From: Ostrea edulis | Lineage: Eukaryota | Direction of reading: 5' to 3' | Length of the DNA: 64,000 nt | Assembly (NCBI RefSeq): GCF_947568905.1 | Contig: NC_079167.1 | Span: forward strand, 7,068,001-7,132,000 | Shown here: piece after piece, positions 12,483 to 24,151 of the stretch | How positions within the stretch are numbered: the first letter of the stretch is position 1 | Layout of the letters: the number at the start of each line of letters is the position of its first letter | Position numbers and translations under genes: made by a program | The notes under the pieces: model-generated | Seen by the model: only the letters and a program-made list of their open reading frames with translations | What the model was told of the DNA's origin: nothing | Databases searched by the model: none

Positions 12483-13121
12483 CTAAATGCTATATGCAAC
12501 AAAAGAATAAATCTGAAATCTTGCTCCATTTTCTAGAAAACCTATTTTCCCTCTGAAATTTACACTCCTAAATAAATGAACATTCCCTTGTTTATTCAAG
12601 TGAACTCCGTCACAAACGAATTTCCGACTACAATCTCCTTCACAGGGAGAAATGAAATAATTCCCGTGTTCCCAAAACACACAATAACCTAGTGATGGCA
12701 ATGCGGCTCTCAGTATTACATTCACACTGTCTGCTATTTCATTGTATCCAAAATTAACCTTAAATCTTGGCAATAATTTGCAGACAATTATCTTCCCAAC
12801 CTTATAACGGCGATGCATCAACGACACCGCCGCTTAAATTTTTGCAGCCAACAATGCAGGATCTGTACTAGGAACAATATCGTTCTCCCCAATCATCAAA
12901 ACAACTATCTTGGGACCTAATTCAACGACTTTCTCTATATCCTTAGATAGTATATCGTGAACTTTCCTTCCACCTACACCCCTGTACAAAACGGAATGCG
13001 TTCTTTCAAGACCAAGATTTTCAGAATATCTGATATCGTCACCATGCTTCAAAAATTCGTGAAAACGACGTACAATTGAGTGACCTAGAATGACAACCGA
13101 AGTTTTGCCCATTGAAGACAT
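12483..13121 (-). pseudogene. SGNH/GDSL hydrolase ORF with one in-frame stop
   Basis: The two listed ORFs are in the same frame, separated only by TAA at 12834-12836. All four SGNH blocks are present: ILGHSI, RGVGG, IGEND, DGVHL. A 24-nt A-run (plus-strand T 12420-12443) lies 40 bp after the stop. Confidence 0.85.
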
Positions 13122-13402
13122 GATAAAATAATTTTACTCACCAAATACAGTACTTGCTAACCAATAACTCACAAACTTGAAAAAACGTCTGTCCTCCAAA
13201 GCTGTAGGTGGGAGAAGAGACAGAGTGACGCACCGCATGGCCGGAATTTTAATTGTTAGAATCTGATTGGTCAATCTCTGCCTGTCCTCAGACACGGGAC
13301 AAAATAACCATCATCATGCTTAACCATACAATATCTCAGACTATGCCATTCAAGGAGGATACTTATTGATTACTATAAAAATTCTTAAGTAAACTTAAAT
13401 TT

Positions 13403-14099
13403 ATTTAATAAAAATTATGATTAATTAAAATTGTTCATGTCAGACACCTTGCTATAAGTGTGTTTTTATATACATGTACATGAATCTTATCTTGAATCGC
13501 ACAATGAGCTATTTTTATGAATCTCATTTTTTTCTTTCTTGCTGTTCCTTTTTAAGTTTTTTCTGCTCTGTGATGACATTGTTCAACTCCTGGTCTTTTG
13601 GCTCACTTGATTCATTTTCCTTACACCAGCGAAGAGTATAACCTGAAGGGAAAATGTAGTCATGCTTTAATGGGTCGAGGTCTGACAATATTCAGATACA
13701 TGTACTCTTGCATTCTTCCTAACGAGATCACAATCAAAAAGAGCAAAACAAATTATTGCATTACATAAAGATCAAACATTATATCCAAACTTTGATTATA
13801 TGGGAATTCCCCATCATTGAAAGCCAAATAGCTTTCCTAACCTACCCCCGTATCTTTCCATGCTATAGAGAAACATAATTTTTTTCTTTAGCCTTTCATA
13901 AATTTTAAATGCATTACTGTTACAAGTTTTAGCTACTCTGAGAACAAATTAAGAATTAATGTCTAATACCTTTGACAGCAGCCACTTTATCTTTATTGAG
14001 AGGTCTCCTAAGATCTCCTTCTTTTGGTTTTGTAAGACCCTGGCCCCTAGAGATAGCAATCTCTTCAATGCTGAAAACACCTGGTAACAAGTTATAACA
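13403..14099 (-). repeat. About 700-bp direct duplicate of 11658-12378 (second, degenerate copy of the BEN gene 1 exons)
   Basis: Near-identical by eye. The copy lacks about 15 bp (GCAATGAGAGACCT region) in the last exon. Confidence 0.9.
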
Positions 14100-14458
14100 T
14101 AGAGTACCCTTACCAAAATTGTGGAAGTTAATTCACATGTGAATCTCATGTTTGAATCTCACGTTTGATTCTAACCTGAGAATTAGGGTAGTTTTTTAAC
14201 ATGCAAATTAGGCAAGATTCACATTTGACAAATTCTCATGAGAAAAATTCAAACAAGTTTTGAAGATTATTTCCATGAGATCTCATGAGTTCTCATTTGA
14301 AGAATTCTCATGAGATTCTCATGTGAAGAATTCTCATGAGATTTAATTGGTGTGAAAATATAATTAGCAATTATAAATCTTCATCATTTATTCCATCAGA
14401 GGTTACAATATAACAACTTGTACATTAACATAAAAAGAAATAGACTGAGTATGAATAA

Positions 14459-14782
14459 GGGACGAGATCAAAAGTTCAATTATCTGACAAAAACTAAATT
14501 CACATAGTTTTCACCAAGACCCCCCTCCCCTTAATAACGAAATATGATGAATGTTGTTTTCACCAAGACCCCCCTCCCCCTAATAACTAAATATGATGAA
14601 TGTTGTAACTAATCGATTAACAAGTAAAAACATGTGATTATAAATACGTATACAGTTTTCCTTTTTCCACTATTAGTGTAATCGATGTCGGATGACAGAA
14701 ACTTACGGGAGATTTTATCCCCCCTCCCCCTAACTATTTGAATTCAAATTTTTATCTGACGTCGATCTTTTGATCTTGTCCC
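14459..14782. mobile_element. 324-bp MITE, TAA target-site duplication (Harbinger/Zator type)
   Basis: TIRs GGGACGAGATCAAAAG / GGGACAAGATCAAAAG (15/16). TAA at 14456-14458 and 14783-14785. Confidence 0.9.
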
Positions 14783-14864
14783 TAAACATTCTAAACTGAA
14801 ATATTTAACAAACCAGGTTCAAATATATTGGTCTCAACAAAAACATTAACTTATTGTCTTTCTT

Positions 14865-16850
14865 TTAAGCTTTGGAAATGTCCAGGCATTTTCTGTTGAT
14901 AAGGGCTGTGGCTTGATCACACTTAAACTGCTTCTGTAAGAATTCTGTAAAATAAAAAGGTTTCCTTTAAATTTCATAAATTAGAGATAACAAGATCTTG
15001 AAAGCTAGAGCTGCAGTGNNNNNNNNNNNNNNNNNNNNNNNNNNNNNNNNNNNNNNNNNNNNNNNNNNNNNNNNNNNNNNNNNNNNNNNNNNNNNNNNNN
15101 NNNNNNNNNNNNNNNNNNNNNNNNNNNNNNNNNNNNNNNNNNNNNNNNNNNNNNNNNNNATTGACAGTGCCTCAAGGGGCCAGATATATAGTAAGTCCAT
15201 GAACAGATCAAATATTTTACAAATAGCATTGTCATCATATTAATTGCTTAATTAATTCTAAAGGAAAAAAACATACTATTGACTTTAAGGCATTGTAAAA
15301 TACTATGGTCACTATAATAGAACTTATCAGAAACTTTTACAATGCAGCCTGTCCAAAGTCAACAACAGTATTTCAAATTGTGTCAGTTATCCCACATTTT
15401 GATTTATTATACATGTATAGAATATGATTTAGGATTACCTAGAATTGGCTGTAATATTTCAATTGGCAGTCCTTTTTTGGATGATCTCAGTCCTGTTGCT
15501 GAGTGTCCTGCCAGATATGTTGGTGGGAAATAATACAGCAACAAGTCTCTTGTGATCTTGCTGGCATTCCTTTTAGCTTTAAGTTTCATTGCCTGAAACT
15601 TTGTAGCTTCTATGAATAAATTGTAGGATTCTACAAGCTTCATCTACCAAAAAAGAGAAGAATCTAAGATGATAGTTTTTTTTTCCATTTATGTAACATG
15701 CAGAAATAAAATTGTGGCCTGCAGTCTGGAAATATGTATTTTTAAAGATAAAGTATGTTATGATATTACACATTGTGATGTTTCATAAATCCAAACCGTT
15801 ATTCAAGAAATAAAGTTAACAATTTTATGGATGTTGCAGTAAAACCTTTTTTAACATCTATTTTGAAAAATATTGCAAGTATTTAGTTTGATGTTGATGG
15901 ATTATATATATATCATATGCTTTGAATACACAGTCCAAGAAAACTTATATACATTATAAATGAAAGAGGGTTTACTTGCCTATGCATCGACATATTTGTT
16001 TACATATCGTGTATCAATCTCGGTATGTTCAGACAACTGATAAATATAACATTGATCATGTAATGCCAATAAAAATGGTACCTTATTGTCACCTTGCTGG
16101 AAGAAGTCCTGATAGTTCGGAACAGACTGTATAGTATCTGGTCCAAAATCTTGGGAATCTGTAGGGATTTGCACGGGTTGATGTATGTTTACAGGCTGAT
16201 CCTGATGTTTTGATACGTTGGTGCACTCTATCGGTATATCTTCATTTGCTGCAGCTCCTGCATACTTATCCATCAAAGTCCTTATGTCAAAGATCAAGTT
16301 CCCTAGTGACTTTGTTGGAGTACTGCACCTATCTATAAATTAGAAATTTTTAAGTAATGAATCATTTTTCCAAGACATATTGATGGAAGAGGGGTAAAGA
16401 AGTTTGGTTAATATAACATGAAATTGACAGTGTAATATTGTCAGTTAATCAAGTTGACTTATGATAGGGAAACAAGAGTTGAAAAATTTCTTTCTTTTAT
16501 AAAAAAAAAATTTCATTCAATTTTTTTTTATTTTATAAATTCATTTGAAACAACATAGACCATGACCTTGCAAAGTGTTTAGCATTATGTCATTTCAATG
16601 ACTGTGTTGGGGATTGACATCACTCAAATGGTTTAGATAAGCATTGACGTTGGATCAAAATTGAAATATTTTTACAGCGGGGTCTAGTAAGGTTTAGCTT
16701 GTCAAATATATACTTACTAGAATTCAAGGAACGAAGGTAATCAATTTCAGCATTGAGCTGGTAGATTTCGTTCCTTTTTTCCTCTAACTGTGATTTGTAT
16801 AGTTCACAATTATCACAGTTTTGTGTCAACAAACAACAGGAGACAGTTTG
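14865..16850 (-). CDS. BEN-domain gene 2: four exons (about 16850-16718, 16332-16004, 15643-15439, 14944-14865), coiled coil plus C-terminal BEN domain; 5' end not located
   Basis: All three GT-AG junctions are phase-compatible and no exon contains a stop. Product ends ...KITRDLLLYYFPPTYLAGHSATGLRSSKKGLPIEILQPIL-E-FLQKQFKCDQATALINRKCLDISKA*. The donor at 16003 (GTAAAC) is weak, and the last intron spans an N-gap. Confidence 0.7.
15019..15159. other. Assembly gap (141 N)
   Basis: Run of N. Confidence 1.
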
Positions 16851-17671
16851 AGTTTAAAATATATTATGCATATTCCAACATATATACAACATATCACATA
16901 TGGTATACAACTGGTCAGATAATGATACAAAATAAATATTTGGCAAAAGGGCAAACCCAGCTATGCAAGATACATGGAAGCATCTGACCCATGTGGCACA
17001 CTAGAGTTCCACCTGAGCAAAACAGTGAGGTGTGCTATTCTGCCAAGTGGTAGTATGCTGCATGTTCGGATGTTGAGCTCAACAACCCGGTGAGTATGTG
17101 ATGTTTGAGGTGTCAAACAGGTACTGCATTAACCAGGAGTTGAGCTGAGAAAGAGGTCGAGGTCATGTCGGTGGAGAACCAGCTGGCATACTCCGCAACT
17201 CAGTGAGCATGAGTGTTTGAGGTGTCAAACCGATAACTCATGAGCTTCGTGCTGACATTAGCGTATGGTGGCAGAAGACCTGACCGCTGAACGATACAGA
17301 GTCCGATACCTGAGAATTTTGGGGTAAACTTCTTGCATGTAGAGTTACGACATGCAAGAAGTTGCCCAAGAATCAGGTATAAATGTAAAACATGAATAGC
17401 TGAGTTGCCCCAAAATAAGAGGGAATAGAGTAAAATGTTGATACATAATGCATTGCGCCAAAATAGCTGAGGACAGTATTAGCGAGGCATGAAGGAAAAA
17501 CATAGCGTAGCACATGCCCGAGGCAGGTAAAACAAGCAACCTGAGCAAAACAAAATGCAGCATGAGGGGGATTGGTGAGTATATACAAGGTTCTGAGGGT
17601 CTCAAGACTTTTGCTATAAGGGCCTGTCTTATAGAGTGGGATCAGTGAGTATATACAAGGTCCTGAGGGTC

Positions 17672-18670
17672 TCAAAGACTTTCTGCTATGAGGGCCTGTT
17701 GGGCCTGTTTTATTGCAGAAGATGGTGTTCTTATGTACCTACAATATGAATCCGAAGACCATCTACCCAATACTTTGATTAGGTGATCTTCAATGTGAGC
17801 TGAGGCAGCTGAAGTAGCAGCCCCTATGCGGAAAGAGCGGCTGCTATAGGCGTGGGGATTGATGCTGACCTTGACTAAAGTGTCCCTGAACAATGAAATG
17901 AATGCATTCCTAGACAGTGGCATGCCGTCTGCTGTTATAAATAGTGGTTCGGAAGGAGAGGGGTTGGACCTTGGTCTTAATTTGAGATATTTGGAGCATG
18001 TGTTATAGGGGCAAGCGTTGGAGTTGTTTTTGAACAGTTTGATGACGACCCCTTTTCTAAATGGGTCAGTTTTTGACATCTTTAAATGCAGATGCACTAT
18101 GTCCTCAAAAATTTGTATATCTGACATGCAAATATGAGAGGATGGGTCGAACTCTGCGTAAATTGTAAATTCACCACATCTCAGGAAGCCAAAAAATGCT
18201 ACTGAACAAGTGGCCAGTAACAAAACGTTGTTGAATGCGGTACATTGATTGGATTGTTGCAAAAAAAGTACACAGTTTTTTGAGGACAGCAAAAGTGACA
18301 GGTTGTCGCAGATTTTTTGGCCTTATTTGGCTTTGTTTAACCCCATTAAGAGCAGCGAATAGCCTAGGCATTTCATTAACATTAGGATACATGATGTTAT
18401 GTTTTATACAATGAAAACGTATGCCACATATATACAACTTGATTGTGGCATGACTAAGTTCTAATCTAGAGTAACAATGAGCAACGAAATACAATAATAA
18501 GTCCTATGACACTGGAACGTCAGGTAAGCGTGTCTGTGGAATGATATTGCACATGAGCAGAAATCTGGTGTAGGCTTGGAATCCTGTTATATATGACTGT
18601 TTAGTCCTGGGAGCTATAGCCGCATCGAGGAGGTTGTCTACAATACTGTCAAGTCTTTCAGAACTTCCTT
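17672..18670 (-). pseudogene. Tyrosine recombinase of Ngaro element 1
   Basis: AFFGFLRCGEF, KMSKTDPFRKG, SFRIGAATSAA, LGRWSSDSYCRYIR. One in-frame stop near 18507 and a frameshift near 18290. Confidence 0.9.
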
Positions 18671-20290
18671 GTATCCTGGAACGGTGCAGGACTTCTTGTT
18701 GGCAGCTGGGACCAGCTGTCGGAACTTGGGAATCTGTAATCGAGACAGGCAGTCAGCAATAACATTTTTGTGGCCTTCAAAATATTTGCTTTTGAAAACG
18801 AAATTATTGTTAGCTGCACATAGTGTTAGACGACGAACGAGTGCCATGATTTTTGGGCATTTAGAACGGCCTTTGTTGATGATAGCCACGGTGCCTTGAT
18901 TATCGCAGGAGAAGACAATGCGTTGTTTCCTCCACGAGTGACCCCACAGCAGTGCCGCCACAACGATCGGGTAAAGTTCACGAAATGCTATAGAGAGTTC
19001 ATCACTGTCCTTGCATGTACGTTGCAAGGGCAATGGCCAGGATTCTGAAAACCAATGTCCTTGAAAGAACCCCCCATAACCAAGGGTTCCTGAAGCATCT
19101 GTATAGAGTTGCAGGGCATTGGAGCTAACTTCTATTTGGTTGTAGAACATAGATATGCCATTCCATTGTTTGAGGAAGATTAACCACATGTTCATGTCCT
19201 CTCTGGAGCCTTTGTTTAAGGTGACGTGGAAATGGAGTTGTTTAACTGATGTGGACAGTGTAATGAGTTGTGACATGAAGGAGCGCCCTGGAACTATGAC
19301 CCTACTCGCAAAACTAAGATGGCCCAAAATTTGTAGAAGCTCTCTTTTGGTACAAGATTTCTTTTGGAGAAATTCGTCAAGGAACGATATGATTCTGGAG
19401 ATTTTCTCAGGAGGCAGTCGTGCTTCCATCTTAACAGAGTCTAATGTGATGCCGAGGAAGGTAATGGTGGTGTCTGGACCTTCTGTCTTGTGTTTGGCTA
19501 TAGGTATGTTTAGCCTCTTAAAGATGAGCATGAGTAGGGCCATGTTTCTTTCTCCACACTTCTCGGCTCCTCGAAGGTGATAAAGTCGTCCAACAGGTGT
19601 AAAATATGCTTGATGCTGTAGTTGTGGGTGGCTATCCAACAAATAGCTTGGGCGAGGCAGTCAAATATTCTGGGGCTAGATCTACAGCCGAAAGCGAGTT
19701 TTGTGTAGAAATAATATAGACCTTTCCATTTAAGAAGAAACAAGTGCCACTGAGATGGTGAAATTGGTATTAACTTGAAGGCATCAGATATGTCTGTTTT
19801 ACACATGGTGGTTCCCAAACCTAGTTTCTGAATTATTTTTATGGCGTCATCAGTTGTAACATATGAAAGTGAACATTTTTCTTTATCGATGAGAGAATTT
19901 ATGCTGGGATCTGAAGCTTCTGAGTGAGGGGCTGATAGGTCCATTATCAGACGTCCTTTATTTGAATATTTTTTGAAACTAACTCCAATGGGACTCACTC
20001 TATATTTTGTAAATGGGGGCGTGTCGAATGGTCCTTGTAAGAATCCTTTCTCCACTTCTTTGTTGAGAAGGTCGTCTACTATATGGGGATTGGAAATAGC
20101 CTACAGGAGGTTCCGGCATTCTTTGCTTGGAATATCAGTATTGTTAATCATGGTATCGAAGCCATGGCGAAGGCCGTCACATAGATATTTCACGAAGTTA
20201 GAGTCTGGATGTAATTTTAATTCTATTTCTAGGCGGTCGATGTTAACTGGGGTTGAAACAGAAGATGGAAGGGTAGCCGGTTTTGTGTTG
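18638..20290 (-). pseudogene. Reverse transcriptase/RNase H of Ngaro element 1
   Basis: RLIMDLSAP, KTDISDAFKL, FGCRSSPRIF, HLLDDF; RNase H LYTDASG, IAFRELYPIV, CDNQGTV, NVIADCLSR. Stop at 20101-20103 and frameshift near 19570. Confidence 0.92.
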
Positions 20291-20295
20291 TCTAG

Positions 20296-21645
20296 TCACT
20301 TGCTTTTTTTCATGGACTCCTCGCATGAGTGGCCTCCGTGATCGCTTGCCTTGCACACATAGCACACATGCGAAAAAATGCAGTTCTTCCTGCCGCATTT
20401 CCCAGCATTGAAATTGTTACAAATTTCGGTACCATTATGCATTTTTCGGTGTCTACCATACTTGTCTTCTTTGGCGGAGTTGATAGATTGAGTGTTTTTT
20501 AGCATCTGGTATTGGGTTGGTTTGATTCGTAACGGGGGACAGAATGAGCCTGAATGTGATGTGGAGTTGCACAGATTGCAAGCTGAAACTCTGGCATTTC
20601 CCATGACCATGCTCAGAAGCGCATTATCCTTGATGGACCAATCAACCTTTATATTCAGGTCATGCAGGGCAGCGGCTGCTCTAGCTGAAAACTGTGTATG
20701 GTAGTCGTAGAATTTTTGGCCATACACATTAGAAATTTCTACGATATTCCCTTCGTATCTATCCAGCTCCACTCTCCTTTCGGGAAATCTTGTACACATA
20801 ATCCTTTTGTATTTGCCAAAAGCAGTTATAAACTCGCTAATAGTCAGGGATTTGTGGAGGCGTGGATCCACGGACTCCAAGACATTGAGGCCCATGGCAA
20901 TCTCTGGCACGGATTTGTTTACTTCGTATTTAGGGATAAGTAGACTAGCTAAGTTTACGTCCCTGCCTTCCCAGATTTTTCGTTTGAGAGAATCTGATAC
21001 AATATGTATTTGAGGTAGGCATTCAGCAGAAACACCGAATTGCGTAGTGCGTAAAAACCCACCTAACGTAATGTCCGCTCCTGTGAATCCGCTTCCCACT
21101 GCGGTAGTTGAGCTACCTCTTGCCGTTTCTAAAGTGTAGGACTTCTTATCGTGATCCTTTTTTACCAGTTCGGAAACGGTCTTCTGGAGGGTCTCTAGAT
21201 TCTTTTGAAGAGACTGTAGAGTAGCCTGGATGTTGTCGGGCTCGGGAGCCGCCATATTGGAAAACTGCTGGGCGGAAGTACTGTTATCACTACGCAGATT
21301 GGCGTCCCCAGTGTTTATGAGTGCTTCGGTGACTGTGAATGGTCGACTGTTGTCAAATTCATCGTTGGCACTATTAGGACAGTTTGAAATTATTGTAGGG
21401 TTTGCTATGGCCGGTATGGTATCAATGTGCCTGTTTGGATCGAGGCTATTCACTGAACGGTTTCTGGTGTTGGTATTCTCCAGATACAATTTAAGTGTAT
21501 TGTTCCTGTCCATAGATGATGGAACCGATATTCCGATAGTTTTCAATTCCACTTTCAGTTTTGTAAGAGTCCAGTTCTGTGGAATAGTCGAGTCGAATGT
21601 ACGTGTACTTGCCCTATGGCGGGAACGGCCGCATCTCTCGGCCAT
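20296..21645 (-). CDS. ORF1 (gag-like) of Ngaro element 1, open, 449 aa
   Basis: Collinear with ORF1 of element 2 (PQNWT..KL, DVNLASLLIP, YDYHTQFS, VDWSIKDN, C-terminal CCCH/CCHC-like EICNNFN...C...HVC..C...H). Confidence 0.85.
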   Translation of the reverse strand: MAERCGRSRHRASTRTFDSTIPQNWTLTKLKVELKTIGISVPSSMDRNNTLKLYLENTNTRNRSVNSLDPNRHIDTIPAIANPTIISNCPNSANDEFDNSRPFTVTEALINTGDANLRSDNSTSAQQFSNMAAPEPDNIQATLQSLQKNLETLQKTVSELVKKDHDKKSYTLETARGSSTTAVGSGFTGADITLGGFLRTTQFGVSAECLPQIHIVSDSLKRKIWEGRDVNLASLLIPKYEVNKSVPEIAMGLNVLESVDPRLHKSLTISEFITAFGKYKRIMCTRFPERRVELDRYEGNIVEISNVYGQKFYDYHTQFSARAAAALHDLNIKVDWSIKDNALLSMVMGNARVSACNLCNSTSHSGSFCPPLRIKPTQYQMLKNTQSINSAKEDKYGRHRKMHNGTEICNNFNAGKCGRKNCIFSHVCYVCKASDHGGHSCEESMKKSK

Positions 21646-22366
21646 GTCCTAAGACACTGCACTGTCACAATCAGTAGCACACGATAAAATCCAGTTACAG
21701 AGCATATCACTTGAGTTTAAGGAATGTCAGAACAATTTATATCACGTAATACAGCCAATAGTAAGATAGCACACTTCCAGAAAAACACGAGGTAAATAAT
21801 AACATGAACAAAGATCAAGTGACGCTTAAACAATAGACGACTATTTATATTGACCAATCAGGAGACAGAATTTATGTAAAACCGGGACGGTGGAATTGTA
21901 AGTTCCGGGGCTGTGTGCTGACACAAACTTTGTTTATGCAAGCATAAACATTAATAGAGGATTCTAATAGTGTGCAGTATCCTTGTCTTACTGCTGACGC
22001 TATTAAAAAGAGACAAAAAAAGACATAAGCTTGAAAAATGTTGATCACCCTAATTCATATATAATTCATAATGCTGCTATTATATCAATTATAATTTCAG
22101 AATATAAACTATGCTTCATTTAGTATAACATTGTGAAAAATTCTGTAGATCAAAGAAATAAGTCTAAAAATTTTACTGTAATGGTTTTCATTGTGAATAT
22201 ATGTCTTGAGATTGACTTTAAATTTTTTCTCCACCTCAATATAGATCTGACATACAGTAATATCAATAATTTGTGCACTTTTGCACATAATGACTTCTAT
22301 AAAATGCTGATCGTCAGGAGGTACAGTTGAGTGTAATCAACTAATAAACTTCATAAAATAACTTAC

Positions 22367-23320
22367 ATGTACTTGGCATTGAAGTAGATGAATTCAATAA
22401 TTCTCCATATGACTCTGATTCAAATTGAAAACCCGGGGCCCATGAATCGGAGTAAAACTTTTCTGGTATAGCCGGTGGTAATAATGGTCGCTTCTTTATG
22501 GGACCTAAATCGGGCATTGGACGTTGAGGTGTTTCTCTCAGACTCTGTAGAGGTGACAGTATTGCATGTGTTGAAGTTGGTGGCACATAATGTGTTAGTG
22601 CTGCTTGGCTTAGTGCTGGTGGTAGGGGAGCATGTGTTGATGGTGGTGGCACATAATGTGTTAGTGCTGCTTGGCTTAGTGCTGGTGGTAGGGGAGCATG
22701 TGTTGATGGTGGTGGCACATACTGTGGTAGTGCTGCTTGGCTTAGTGCTGGTGGTAGGGGAGCATGTGTTGATGGTGGTGGCACATACTGTGGTAGTGCT
22801 GCTTGGCTTAGTGCTGGTGGTAGGGGAGCATGTGTTGATGGTGGTGGCGCATACTGTGGTAGTGCTGCTTGGCTTAGTGCTGGTGGTAGGGGAGCATGTG
22901 TTGATGGTGGTGGCACATACTGTGGTAGTGCTGCTTGGCTTAGTGCTGGTGGTAGGGGAGCATGTGTTGATGGTGGTGGCACATACTGTGGTAGTGCTGC
23001 TTGGCTTAGTGCTGGTGGTAGGGGAGCATGTGTTGATGGTGGTGGCACATACTGTGGTAGTGCTGCTTGGCTTAGTGCTGGTGGTAGGGGAGCATGTGGT
23101 GGTGGTAGTGCATGCTGTAGTGGTTGTGGCACATCTTCATGTGGTGTTGGTGGCACACTATGTGGAGGTTTGGGAGGCACCTTTTACAGATCAGAATATG
23201 GAGGTGGTGTAGGCCCTCTCGGAGATGATGGTGATGTATTTTCGTTCCTCTTGGAGATGGTGTCGTCTTTTTGTTCAGACGTATGTGGCACTATGACTAA
23301 TGACTCTCCACAATGTGACT
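22367..23320 (-). other. Possible proline-rich coding exon containing a 60-bp (20-aa) tandem repeat, about 9 copies at about 22580-23100
   Basis: Unit QYVPPPSTHAPLPPALSQAALP. The frame extends upstream through one TAA (SDL*KVPPKPP). GTAAGT donor at 22366 and candidate TTACAG acceptor near 23325. Parent gene unknown. Confidence 0.45.
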
Positions 23321-24151
23321 GTAATGAAATACAATTAAATGTTGTAATATTGATTAAAATTGAATGAAATCGCATAATTATAGTAGTTACAGGATTTAAT
23401 ATGGCAAGTTAAGAGGAGAAAAATTATTAGAAAAACAAGATGTGATTTTGAAACACTAATGCCCCCATGATATTTTAGAGAAAGCATACATGTATATGAG
23501 TGTAGTACTTTAGAGGGTAAAATGTTTGGTATGAGCAGAAAGGACACTCTTGCCACAAGGGTCGACCTGAATGACTAAGGTTACAGTTTCTTTTTTAAAT
23601 GCATGCCAAACTTCCAAGATCAAGATGATAAAGTTACTTGGTCAACTATTTTGTGTAGATCTGCAAAAAACTCTTGCCACCGTATTAAGGAAATACACAT
23701 GAAATATGAAAGCAGTATCATCTGGAGTTTGCAGAACTTTAACCACAGATTTCTCTACAAAATAAGTAAAAGCAAATTCAAAACCAATGTGGACCCAGAT
23801 AAGTGCCCCCCCCCCCCTTTTTTTAACAGAATTTGTGAGCTCTGTCGATTGAATGTCTTATGTCCAAATCACTATTCTCCTCATCAATGGTGCAGATTCA
23901 GGAATTGATTTCTGACGAGTTAGGAATTCGTCAATCAAGTTGTCTAAAGCTGGTAATTAAAAGCATGTAATTAGGTATATATTTGATTTGTATGATCTAT
24001 AAATTTTTATATCAAAGTTTTGTTTTTAAAAAATAGTGCACACAGTAAAAGATAAAGCATATAAAGAAGAAGTATATCTACTCTAGATTTTTTTAGTACG
24101 TGTCATAACTTTTTGTTCAAAATCACCAAACAATTTAAAATCCTGCATTAA

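Larger units (their letters stand above)
16990..21960 (-). mobile_element. Ngaro/DIRS-type YR retrotransposon 1, degenerate; ends approximate
   Basis: Order gag-like ORF1, RT/RNase H, YR. A CCAAT box plus TATA (CTGATTGGTCAATATAAATAG on minus, 21841-21861) lies upstream. No complete split direct repeats could be found. Confidence 0.9.

Noticed and set aside
11658-14099. LTR pair around the SGNH ORF
   Set aside because: Only one end has TGT, no PBS or PPT was found, and the repeats are BEN exons and introns.
14967-15243. ORFs spanning N runs (also 28725-29051)
   Set aside because: Open only because of assembly gaps.
22475-23212. 245-aa Val/Leu-rich plus-strand ORF
   Set aside because: Antisense reading of the 60-bp repeat, with no unique plausible sequence.
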